A program made the translations under genes and the position numbers. Shown piece by piece: positions 24,698-31,889 of a DNA stretch of 33,077 nt (the first letter of the stretch is position 1; each line of letters opens with the position of its first letter). The DNA comes from a virus (Duplodnaviria; Caudoviricetes). Under the pieces are notes generated by a model. That model did no database searches, was not told where the DNA came from, and saw only the letters and a program-made list of their open reading frames with translations. The stretch lies in the IMG/VR virus record IMGVR_UViG_3300028742_000021, positions 1 through 33,077 of that record; one strand, given 5' to 3'.

Positions 24698-25867
24698 TTA
24701 CGTTTGCGCGGCTTCCAACATGCCGATGTCAGCTCTGTGGCGCTCGATTTCACCGAATTCACGGTGCAGCACAATCAGGCGCATATCCCGGCCGGCGCGA
24801 TAGCCTTGGCCTGCGTGCCATGCATCACGAGCCGCAAGCGTGCGGAAATATTCGACTGTGCAGCCCCGGTACTCTTTGATGTCCTGGTGGTGGACGTGCC
24901 CCACAAACCACATGCGATGTTTCGTCGCGCCCCAAAGCTCAGGAACATCGGCCGCCATAATGGCCGGCATGTCAGGGCCTTTGAGCGTGTCGCCGTGCGT
25001 GGAGCCGATCAGATTCTTGTCGAACTGGAAATACCATGCGACGGCGGGCGACAGGTCGACTTCAATGCGCGGTTCGTCATGGAAGTAGCACGAAACCATC
25101 AGGGCCAGCGCGTAAGCGGAGTGGCCGTCGTGATTGCCACGGTTGATGCGCAGAATCACGCGCTTGTGCTTCTCGAGCAAGCGGCGCATGCAATGAAGCA
25201 TCGCCCGAAGCCCGACTTGCTGAACCTTCGCCCATCTTCCATCCACATCGAGACGGTGGCCCGACTGGCTTTCGTTGTTCTGATTGTCGGCATGAAACAT
25301 GTCGCCGAGGTTCAGGAGCAGAGCAGTTTCGGCCGCCGGCGCGGTTGCTACCAGGCGATCGACTGCGGCGCACATCAGGCGCTCGGCAATCTTGAGGTCA
25401 AAATCCTCGCCGGCTTCCGCCCACCACGCATGAAGTCCGACGTGTGGGTCGCCTTGCGGGTACACGCACATCAGATCGGACAGCACATGCTCGGGCGGCG
25501 CAGTGATCGGCGCCAGGCCTTTGATGCTTTCTGACAGCGATTCCGCAAATTCCTTGAGGATGGCCTCGGCGCGATCGTGGTCGACCTGACTCTTCACCCA
25601 CTGGTTACGCGGCTTGCCGTCCTTATCGTAGAACGTCGAGACACCCTTGACGCGGAACCCGTCCGGCACGATGTGCGTCATGTCGTGCGACGGCGAATAT
25701 CCCATCTTCGCCGCACGCCTCGCCAGTCCTTGAATAGCCCGGTTGACGTTGCTCTTATTCAACCCGAGATGCGGTGCTGCGGCCGTCCCGCTGCCATATT
25801 GCTCGATGGCATCGATTATCGAAATCTCGCGCTCGGTCGCCCACTGTCGCAGATTCGGATCGACCAT
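24698..25867 (-). CDS. Calcineurin-like metallophosphoesterase with N-terminal HTH
   Basis: All five MPP motifs are present: GDPHVG, LGDMFH, GNHD, THGD, GHVHH. N-terminal SGTAAAPHLGLNKSNVNRAI looks like an HTH. Confidence 0.85.
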   Translation of the reverse strand: MVDPNLRQWATEREISIIDAIEQYGSGTAAAPHLGLNKSNVNRAIQGLARRAAKMGYSPSHDMTHIVPDGFRVKGVSTFYDKDGKPRNQWVKSQVDHDRAEAILKEFAESLSESIKGLAPITAPPEHVLSDLMCVYPQGDPHVGLHAWWAEAGEDFDLKIAERLMCAAVDRLVATAPAAETALLLNLGDMFHADNQNNESQSGHRLDVDGRWAKVQQVGLRAMLHCMRRLLEKHKRVILRINRGNHDGHSAYALALMVSCYFHDEPRIEVDLSPAVAWYFQFDKNLIGSTHGDTLKGPDMPAIMAADVPELWGATKHRMWFVGHVHHQDIKEYRGCTVEYFRTLAARDAWHAGQGYRAGRDMRLIVLHREFGEIERHRADIGMLEAAQT

Positions 25868-26080
25868 TTATGAGCTCAGGTGCGCGGCAAATTCCCCGCA
25901 ATACAACGTCATCTCGACGGTTGGATAGTGATGCTCGATAAACCCGGTTGCGCCATCGTAGACGGGCGTTGGCGGGTAACGGCGACATTCGGTGAGCTCG
26001 CGCTCGTGGTGCATGTGGCGGCAGTTTTTGCAAGTGTCCGTGCGCTCTTGCGCGGGCTTTTGCTTGCGTGTCGTCGCCAT
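25868..26080 (-). CDS. Small Cys-rich metal-binding protein (CxxC...CRRYPP...CGEF)
   Basis: Likely start is the ATG at 26080 (MATTRKQK); 70 aa with four spaced Cys; abuts the phosphoesterase start. Confidence 0.7.
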   Translation of the reverse strand: MATTRKQKPAQERTDTCKNCRHMHHERELTECRRYPPTPVYDGATGFIEHHYPTVEMTLYCGEFAAHLSS

Positions 26081-26475
26081 GCGTGTCTGCCGGTTGATGA
26101 AGAGAGAATCCACAAGCGAATGGTTCCGCGCGCTCTTGATCTGCGCGGTCGCTTTCCCGTGGCGGCGCAACCTATTGAGCCACATCACATGCGGCAATGT
26201 CCTCGACCCTGCATACTGGCGCCAGCTTGGGACATCAAAGGTTCGGTTGCGGCTGTCAACTCTCAAGCAAGCCGCCTGGATGTGCTCTACGCGGCGATCC
26301 CGCGCGGTGCAGATTGCTTGAAAGTCCTCGTTTCGTGAGGAACCGGCTGCGCTTTGAGCTTATATGTTGGCGCAACACCCTAGCCAGAAACCTCTTGGGC
26401 GGGGCGGCTTCACCCCTTTGCTCTCTGGCTGCTGCCATCTACCTAACCTGGGCATGCCAGGTTCGTTGCCGGCGA
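26081..26475 (-). ncRNA. Candidate large structured RNA element (unassigned)
   Basis: About 395 nt with no convincing ORF, at least seven stems identified by eye, and a 7-bp long-range closing helix (see findings). Confidence 0.4.
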
Positions 26476-26643
26476 TCAACTCGGCTTATATCGCTGTCCG
26501 GCATCTGCTTCCGGTATGTTCTGTGTGCGCACGGCAATCTCTGCAACGAAATCACGCTCGCCATCCGCGTCATACTCAAACGGGATCACGCTCGGGAGCC
26601 GACTCCAGCCGTAGACTGGCTCGTCCTGGCTGGCGGTCTGCAT
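26476..26643 (-). CDS. Hypothetical protein (55 aa; not in the ORF track)
   Basis: MQTASQDEPVYGWSRLPSVIPFEYDADGERDFVAEIAV...; TGATG coupling to the upstream gene. Confidence 0.55.
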   Translation of the reverse strand: MQTASQDEPVYGWSRLPSVIPFEYDADGERDFVAEIAVRTQNIPEADAGQRYKPS

Positions 26644-26888
26644 CAATGCCTCACGCCAAACAGCGAATCCACGGTATCGAAATGGTCAATCTGCGCCTCG
26701 AAATACGCCTGCAGCACGTCGCGAAGGCAGTCGCTCGGCACGAACGGCATCTCGATCAGGCCAGCGTCGGCGGCCAGTGCGAGGCATGCATACATCCAAA
26801 CGCTGAGCTTGACCGGATCGAGACAGGCGGGGCGCGATGGGATGCCCCAGAATGAGAGCGCCAGGTCTAGCGGGTGCGTGCTCATCAT
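26643..26888 (-). CDS. Hypothetical protein (81 aa), first gene of the late transcript
   Basis: ATG after the tR'-like hairpin, coupled to the downstream ORF. Confidence 0.55.
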   Translation of the reverse strand: MMSTHPLDLALSFWGIPSRPACLDPVKLSVWMYACLALAADAGLIEMPFVPSDCLRDVLQAYFEAQIDHFDTVDSLFGVRH

Positions 26889-26901
26889 GTGGCGTATCCA
26901 G

Positions 26902-26937
26902 AACGAACGAAGCCCCGAGGCGAACCTGCGGGGCTTG
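26902..26937 (-). terminator. tR'-like terminator hairpin downstream of the late promoter
   Basis: - strand AAGCCCCG...CGGGGCTT followed by CGTTCGTTC (imperfect U-tract), about 100 nt after the predicted start site. Confidence 0.55.
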
Positions 26938-27029
26938 ATCTACTTCACGTTACGGGATCGTGCATCCGCCCTATCTTGCGGTCGATTTGGTATAGGTGCG
27001 TCTCGCGATGACTCCAGAGACAGCAATTC

Positions 27030-27070
27030 AGCCTATACCAAATCATACGATTTACAGGGCAAAGTGTGAA
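27030..27070 (-). promoter_or_regulatory. pR'-like late promoter with a downstream -10-like pause element
   Basis: - strand -35 TTCACA (27070-65), 17-bp spacer, -10 TATGAT (27047-42), then TAGGCT (TAnnnT) at about +1..+6. Lies directly after the Q-like gene. Confidence 0.65.
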
Positions 27071-27095
27071 CAACTAAAATGTGAACTCCACAGGT

Positions 27096-27515
27096 TCACA
27101 TTTTCTCGACCTCGCACACTTCGAACGGATTGTCTGCATCGGCGTAGATTGCCTTTCGATATGCCCGCCATGCCAGCGCACGGAACTCGCGCATCTCCCG
27201 ATACCAGAACGATGTGCTAACGCCCATCTGCTCGGCAACGATTTTGATGTTGCGCACGCGATGGATGTAATAGAGATAGAAAATCATCTTGGCGCGGGAC
27301 TCTTCCTGCATCAGCACGGACAGATTGAAAAAGCTCTTGTCCGATGACAGGATCGCATCCGGCACCTCGCGCACCGGGCTTGGTTGCAGCCGCGCCAGGA
27401 TGTTTGGCGGGACCGGCGGCGCAAAGAGTCGGCGCGAATAATGCCAATCAGCCCAATCCATGCAAAACAAATGAAGCATCTGGTTCTCATCAACCGTTTT
27501 TTCTGCGCTATCCAT
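27096..27515 (-). CDS. Late-gene regulator, Q-like antiterminator (C-terminal HTH)
   Basis: Likely start is the ATG at 27515 (GGAG RBS). W..W motif (MDWADW), LYY...IKIVAEQMGVSTSFWYR HTH. It is the last gene of the nin-like cluster before the late promoter. Confidence 0.7.
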   Translation of the reverse strand: MDSAEKTVDENQMLHLFCMDWADWHYSRRLFAPPVPPNILARLQPSPVREVPDAILSSDKSFFNLSVLMQEESRAKMIFYLYYIHRVRNIKIVAEQMGVSTSFWYREMREFRALAWRAYRKAIYADADNPFEVCEVEKM

Positions 27516-27583
27516 TCCACACTCCAAATGTTAAAATTGGGGTGCTTATCAATTTTCGGCCGCCTCTTTGTGCGGCCTTTTTT

Positions 27584-27829
27584 TCACTTTTCTGCGTACT
27601 TCTCACATCGCCTGCTTTTGTAATCCTCGATCCAAGCCTTCTTGCGGTCCAACAAACAGGTCATAAAGCAAACATTCACTACCCGTTGCTCCACGTAACT
27701 GACGCACCCAACACACGTCCGCAATCTCGCATTCAATTCCTCCATCTGCCGGCGGCTGGCGACGTCTTCTGCCGGTGCGCAGCGCTCCCATTGCCTTTGT
27801 CCGAAATCATCGCGGCGGTTGAAGGTCAT
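27584..27829 (-). CDS. Hypothetical Cys-containing protein (81 aa)
   Basis: ATG at 27829 in ATGA overlap; CVGC...C...C motif. Confidence 0.65.
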   Translation of the reverse strand: MTFNRRDDFGQRQWERCAPAEDVASRRQMEELNARLRTCVGCVSYVEQRVVNVCFMTCLLDRKKAWIEDYKSRRCEKYAEK

Positions 27830-28359
27830 GCGTCTTCCCACACCAAGGCTTTTCGCTGGTGGCCAGAGCCGCGTCCCTGGAGAATGTCGCGCAGCGCGCA
27901 GAAGTCTCGATATCCCAGGCCCTCCAGACCATCCGTTTGCACGAAGTGGCTTCGCTGCGATTCGAGCATGTCGCTGTTGTCGTCCACGATGGCGTAATGC
28001 TCGACCCCGGGATGTGCATCGAGCCACGCCTTTATCTCTGCGCCGCGCACGTCCGGCATGGATGGCGTCTTGTCGATGATGGGCAGGTCAAGGCCATTAG
28101 CGCATTCGTGCGGCGTGAACAAGACCCGCCATGCTGATGACAGGACGATTGAGCAATCCGTCTCTATGCATACCTGCCGAATCAGGAGTATTGCGACCGG
28201 ATCGAATTTAGCCATGCAGGCGGCATCGAAGCTATGCGGAAACCCATTTCCCTTGGGCGTTCCGCCAAACTCAGCAGGGCCGCCGTGAACCGTTACGGTG
28301 CGGTGGCTGTTCAATACGCCGTCAATGTCAAGAAAGAGGATTTTCGTCGGCGCGCTCAT
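27826..28359 (-). CDS. HAD-superfamily phosphatase (Swiss-Army-Knife RNA-repair-like HAD domain)
   Basis: FLDIDGVLN (motif I), IVLSSAWR (motif II), RGAEIKAWL, YAIVDD (motif IV). Confidence 0.85.
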   Translation of the reverse strand: MSAPTKILFLDIDGVLNSHRTVTVHGGPAEFGGTPKGNGFPHSFDAACMAKFDPVAILLIRQVCIETDCSIVLSSAWRVLFTPHECANGLDLPIIDKTPSMPDVRGAEIKAWLDAHPGVEHYAIVDDNSDMLESQRSHFVQTDGLEGLGYRDFCALRDILQGRGSGHQRKALVWEDA

Positions 28360-28718
28360 TCCTCAATCTCCACCTGAAACGCGCCGATGTACTGGGCTGG
28401 AATCCCTCGGCCATTCCAAACGTTGCCCGCCCTTCCCTCCACCTCGCTTTTGCTATCCCCGACTGCGCCAGCGATATAGGTGCACGATTCGGCGTCGCGG
28501 TAGAGGTTGACGAAGAACCTGCGCTTGCACGGTCTCATGCGCAGTTGGTCGGCGTCCTTGATCGAGCAGCAGCCGTTCTCGAACTGAATCATGATTTGTG
28601 ATTCTTGAGTTGTTCCGACGAAATGAACGTCAGTCCACGTGTACCGGCCTTTCTCGTCGTAGAAATTGACTTGAATCGGCTCACCGCGCTTGGCTGCCTC
28701 AAGGTCGAATGGCTTCAT
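28356..28718 (-). CDS. Hypothetical phage protein (MKPFDLEAAKRGEP...)
   Basis: 120 aa, ATGA-coupled on both sides. Confidence 0.75.
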   Translation of the reverse strand: MKPFDLEAAKRGEPIQVNFYDEKGRYTWTDVHFVGTTQESQIMIQFENGCCSIKDADQLRMRPCKRRFFVNLYRDAESCTYIAGAVGDSKSEVEGRAGNVWNGRGIPAQYIGAFQVEIEE

Positions 28719-28957
28719 CGCTCTTCTCCTGTCACACCGAGAAACTCATAATTGATGCTGCCCACATCCCACATGTCGGCGTCGCGCGCGGGCTTGCATG
28801 CGGGCATGGGCGGCGGTTCCCGGCGAGTAGGCGGAAGCGCACGCGCTTTCGGTGTGCTCAAAGGGCGCCGCAATTTCAAAGTTGCGAACACGATGCAGGC
28901 GATCAGCGAAGACCCCCACCACCCGACGATGAAACCAAATAGGAATGGATGACTCAT
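28715..28957 (-). CDS. Hypothetical membrane protein (80 aa)
   Basis: Likely start is the ATG at 28957 (MSHPFLFGFIVGWW...), with an N-terminal hydrophobic helix. Confidence 0.6.
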   Translation of the reverse strand: MSHPFLFGFIVGWWGSSLIACIVFATLKLRRPLSTPKARALPPTRREPPPMPACKPARDADMWDVGSINYEFLGVTGEER

Positions 28958-28958
28958 C

Positions 28959-29144
28959 TCAATGCTCGCAAAGGCTAGAATCGGCCGACGCGCCGCACGC
29001 CAAACACTGCCGAGCCTTGGTCGTGTCCGGATAGAACGCCATACACGCCTCATCGGCGCCAGTCGTCTGGAATCGCGGACTGGTGCGACTCAGGCAATCG
29101 TCGTTGAGGCGGTCGAAGTATTCGCAGTCACCGCAGGTTTTCAT
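28959..29144 (-). CDS. Small Cys-rich protein (61 aa)
   Basis: CGDC...C...C and CLAC...CEH; GGAGG RBS; ATGA overlap. Confidence 0.65.
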   Translation of the reverse strand: MKTCGDCEYFDRLNDDCLSRTSPRFQTTGADEACMAFYPDTTKARQCLACGASADSSLCEH

Positions 29145-29377
29145 GCCGCCTCCACATATTCAAGCCATTGACGCTTGGTCCAGCGCAGCCAGTGCTTCGG
29201 GTGACCGAGCATCTCGTCGTATGAAGGCAGCCGGTTATAGGCCTTGGGCCACAGATGGTCCGTATCAATGAAGTGCATTTTGATGCGATAGGTCATGTCA
29301 TTTCTTGCCATCAAGAAGAAGAAAAGGACGCCTACCGCGTATGCGGCGTACAAAATAATCTCGTTGAGAGTGCTCAT
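29141..29377 (-). CDS. Hypothetical membrane-anchored protein (78 aa)
   Basis: N-terminal TM segment; ATGA-coupled. Confidence 0.7.
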   Translation of the reverse strand: MSTLNEIILYAAYAVGVLFFFLMARNDMTYRIKMHFIDTDHLWPKAYNRLPSYDEMLGHPKHWLRWTKRQWLEYVEAA

Positions 29378-29544
29378 GGCAGGTCCTTAATCTGAGCGCC
29401 ACCGGCCAGCACTCCGAACAGCGCCGCGAGCACGAAAATGATTGGAGCGGTCGCCCCGTCAGCGCCCTTCGTGGCGTAAGCGGCAGATCCAGCGGCCACA
29501 GCGGCCGCGAAGGTTATCGCGCCTTGGGTTATGGATTTGTTCAT
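29374..29544 (-). CDS. Small hydrophobic protein (56 aa; not in the ORF track)
   Basis: MNKSITQGAITFAAAVAAGSAAYATKGADGATAPIIFVLAALFGVLAGGAQIKDLP; ATGA overlaps at both ends. Confidence 0.65.
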   Translation of the reverse strand: MNKSITQGAITFAAAVAAGSAAYATKGADGATAPIIFVLAALFGVLAGGAQIKDLP

Positions 29545-30134
29545 GCCGCGCCCATCATTTCAAGCGCATGATTGCGCAGGCTTAGCGCTTCGTCTACCGT
29601 CGGCTTGCGCGACTCCGGATAGTCCATGCGCGATCCCTTTCGGAGATAGACCGTCGACCTCTCGGTGGTATCGCTGAACTGGACCAAACCGAGCAGTACC
29701 GGTCCCGCTGGCACAACCAAGGTGTGAATGTCAGTCGTGCTGCACCAATAGCTGCTACCGGCTTCGTGCAACTCAAGCGCCGGCACTCCAAGACCGACTG
29801 CCCCGATGTCGATGAGGCTCCGATCTTCCGGCGAATACTGGAAGCGGTCATATCCGGCGCCGCTGGCCTCGCAAAACCGGGCGTGAATCAAGCGACCGGC
29901 AAGAACAGTGCTTTTGAACGCATACCGGTGCGTGTGCGGAGTCACAAGGTACGTGTTCGGCACTTGTCGGAACATGCGCGCCGTGTCGATGAAATACAGC
30001 TTCATGGTGAGCTTTGGCGAGCGGTGTAGGCACAGATAATCCATGCCGTCGACGTGATGATTGAGTACCGAGTGCTGCGCCGCCGCCTCGCAGTCGAGCT
30101 CGTCCAGCAGACGTATGAAACTAGTCGAATTCAT
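29541..30134 (-). CDS. Cupin-fold (cysteine-dioxygenase-like) metal-binding protein
   Basis: Likely start is the ATG at 30134 (MNSTSF). PHTHRYAFKSTVLAG (cupin motif 1) and AGSSY.....DIHTL (motif 2). Confidence 0.6.
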   Translation of the reverse strand: MNSTSFIRLLDELDCEAAAQHSVLNHHVDGMDYLCLHRSPKLTMKLYFIDTARMFRQVPNTYLVTPHTHRYAFKSTVLAGRLIHARFCEASGAGYDRFQYSPEDRSLIDIGAVGLGVPALELHEAGSSYWCSTTDIHTLVVPAGPVLLGLVQFSDTTERSTVYLRKGSRMDYPESRKPTVDEALSLRNHALEMMGAA

Positions 30135-30598
30135 GTCGCCTCCAATTCTGGTTGTGCCATCCCCATCTTCGCCGCCCGTCGCGGCTCCCATATCTCAAAC
30201 GCCCGATCCCACGCCACAAACTTTTCCTCTTGATCCGCACCGCTCTGGTCGATGAAAACGTGGCATGTCGCGCAGCCCGGAACCGTGTACCGATGTTCTG
30301 CGGTAATGCCCATTCCTTTGCCGTGGCGGCCTTGATTCGAATGACAATCAACCACCGTGCGCCAGTCGCCGCAGCACACGCCCTCGATGCGTAGATAGCA
30401 GGGCTCGCCTTTGCACGCGGCAATGTATTTGGCATCCAGCCCAACTACCGAACGCCGACGCTTGCGCGAGCGCTTCATCCCGCTGCGCACCACTTCGCCG
30501 CTATGCGGATTGAGCGAGCGCGCTGGCTGGCGCTTGAAGCCGGTGCGGGTGAGCTGCGAGGTGCCGCGATTCATTGGGGTTTTGCGGGTGAGGGTCAT
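30131..30598 (-). CDS. DUF1364/YbcO-like Zn-binding nuclease-domain protein
   Basis: Likely start is the ATG at 30598. GEPCYLRIEGVC...TVVDCHSN...GKGMG...GCATCH.FID. Confidence 0.8.
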   Translation of the reverse strand: MTLTRKTPMNRGTSQLTRTGFKRQPARSLNPHSGEVVRSGMKRSRKRRRSVVGLDAKYIAACKGEPCYLRIEGVCCGDWRTVVDCHSNQGRHGKGMGITAEHRYTVPGCATCHVFIDQSGADQEEKFVAWDRAFEIWEPRRAAKMGMAQPELEAT

Positions 30599-30798
30599 AG
30601 CTTCGCCGCCGCGCGCACAATCGCCAGCTCGCAATCCGCTTGCGTCCTGAACCACTCAGCCTTCAGGAGTTCGGCGGCTGCTTCCATCCCGGCCTTGTAG
30701 CCGTGGGCGTACAGCATGAACTGGACATGCTCAGTCGCCGGTCCTTCAGCGATACGCTCGGCATTAAACTGATCGAGAAACTTTTTCTTGAGATTCAC
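30595..30798 (-). CDS. Hypothetical protein (67 aa)
   Basis: GTG start at 30798 with a GGAGG RBS, GTGA overlap. Confidence 0.6.
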   Translation of the reverse strand: MNLKKKFLDQFNAERIAEGPATEHVQFMLYAHGYKAGMEAAAELLKAEWFRTQADCELAIVRAAAKL

Positions 30799-30962
30799 GG
30801 CATAACCTCCCAAACCCACCGAATGACACCAGCCACAGTCAAGATCAGCCCGACCAAAAATAACCCCAGTTGCATGTGAGCGCGCCAATCCCATTTGCTG
30901 AATCGGACTATTTCGGCCCATATCCACCAGGCGACGAAAAAGGAGAGGCCGGTTGCGGTCAT
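30795..30962 (-). CDS. Small Trp-rich membrane protein (55 aa; not in the ORF track)
   Basis: MTATGLSFFVAWWIWAEIVRFSKWDWRAHMQLGLFLVGLILTVAGVIRWVWEVMP; 4-nt overlaps at both ends. Confidence 0.6.
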   Translation of the reverse strand: MTATGLSFFVAWWIWAEIVRFSKWDWRAHMQLGLFLVGLILTVAGVIRWVWEVMP

Positions 30963-31306
30963 GGAATCACCTTATGTTCAGCTCTTGCGTTGGCAGACAG
31001 AGACCTCCACGCCTCGATCTTTGCCTGTGCGGCTACCAATCTCCACCGAAGGGCCTCCTCTGCCTCTACGGCCTCTCTTAGGCCCTCTAGAATCGATATG
31101 TAGGACGGGTCTGCGTATGCTTCCCGCTCTTGGATCACCGCCGACTTGTGACCGGCCGATTCAGCGGCGCGCATCCCTAATGCCTTTTGGGTTTTACGGA
31201 ATTGCTCCAGATAAACCCGAGCGGCTTTGGCTTGCGCGTACTCTGGCGCCTTGTCCCGGATGAAGTCGAGACATTTGAAAATGTTGATTTCGCTTTCTTC
31301 GCTCAT
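30959..31306 (-). CDS. Conserved helical phage protein (possibly UvsY-like coiled coil)
   Basis: 115 aa all-alpha (EREAYADPSY...IEAWRSLSAN); ATGA-coupled. The family call is tentative. Confidence 0.6.
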   Translation of the reverse strand: MSEESEINIFKCLDFIRDKAPEYAQAKAARVYLEQFRKTQKALGMRAAESAGHKSAVIQEREAYADPSYISILEGLREAVEAEEALRWRLVAAQAKIEAWRSLSANARAEHKVIP

Positions 31307-31689
31307 GCAATCACCCGATAGGCGACGATCGCCCAGCTATCGGACCGCCCATACTTCGCATCCGGCGCCCTCCAGTCCCACATCGACGGGAAATTGTCCG
31401 GCTTGGGCTCGGTGCCATTTGCAAATCGAACTTGGACGGGAGCGCCATCATCATTCACCGGACATTCCCCACCACTCCAAGGGATCCAGCCGTCGGCACT
31501 CTGCTCCGTCAGTCCACGCCAAGTTTGATTCTGATTACCAAGCGGCTCGCCATCCTGTTTATCGAACCACCGGCCATCCCACCAAACGCGCGACTCATAG
31601 ATCCAGCCAGCATCGAAATTGGCCGCGTCGTACCAACCAGCACGAATAGGCTTTGATTCGGGCGGATACCACTCGGTTACGCTCATCAC
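31303..31689 (-). CDS. Hypothetical protein (128 aa), apparently two small Trp-rich domains
   Basis: TEWYPP..KP.R.GWY...WRGL followed by GWIPWSGGECPV...VQVRF...IVAYRV. Confidence 0.75.
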   Translation of the reverse strand: MMSVTEWYPPESKPIRAGWYDAANFDAGWIYESRVWWDGRWFDKQDGEPLGNQNQTWRGLTEQSADGWIPWSGGECPVNDDGAPVQVRFANGTEPKPDNFPSMWDWRAPDAKYGRSDSWAIVAYRVIA

Positions 31690-31889
31690 AGCACCCCGGG
31701 ATTATTTGCCACGAACAACGCTGCCATCGCATCGCGCAACGCATCAGCCGCATCTTCGCCGCGCATGGCAGTGACCTCGGTGAGATATTGCTTGCGCTGG
31801 CTTAGCGGCCGGCTAATCAGGTCGCGCACCTCGCGGGCGAATGCGTCGGCGGCGGCGGTTTTGGGATTGAGGTTTTGGCGGGCGTTCAT
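31686..31889 (-). CDS. Hypothetical protein (67 aa)
   Basis: Likely start is the ATG at 31889 (MNARQNL), in ATGA overlap with the MTase stop. Confidence 0.65.
   Translation of the reverse strand: MNARQNLNPKTAAADAFAREVRDLISRPLSQRKQYLTEVTAMRGEDAADALRDAMAALFVANNPGVL

Noticed and set aside
26081-26438. N-terminal extension of ORF 25868-26266 and ORF 26256-26438
   Set aside because: Both have Arg/Ser-rich, implausible sequences; the extension depends on a TTG start. The ATG at 26080 gives a compact Cys-motif protein, and the interval is better explained as structured RNA, though this is not proven.
26197-27069. 290-aa + strand ORF (and 26364-26855)
   Set aside because: They run antisense across coupled - strand genes and the late promoter, and have no motifs.
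29374-29544. Two-TM small protein as a possible holin
   Set aside because: It lies in the early/nin-like cluster upstream of the Q-like gene, with no endolysin adjacent.
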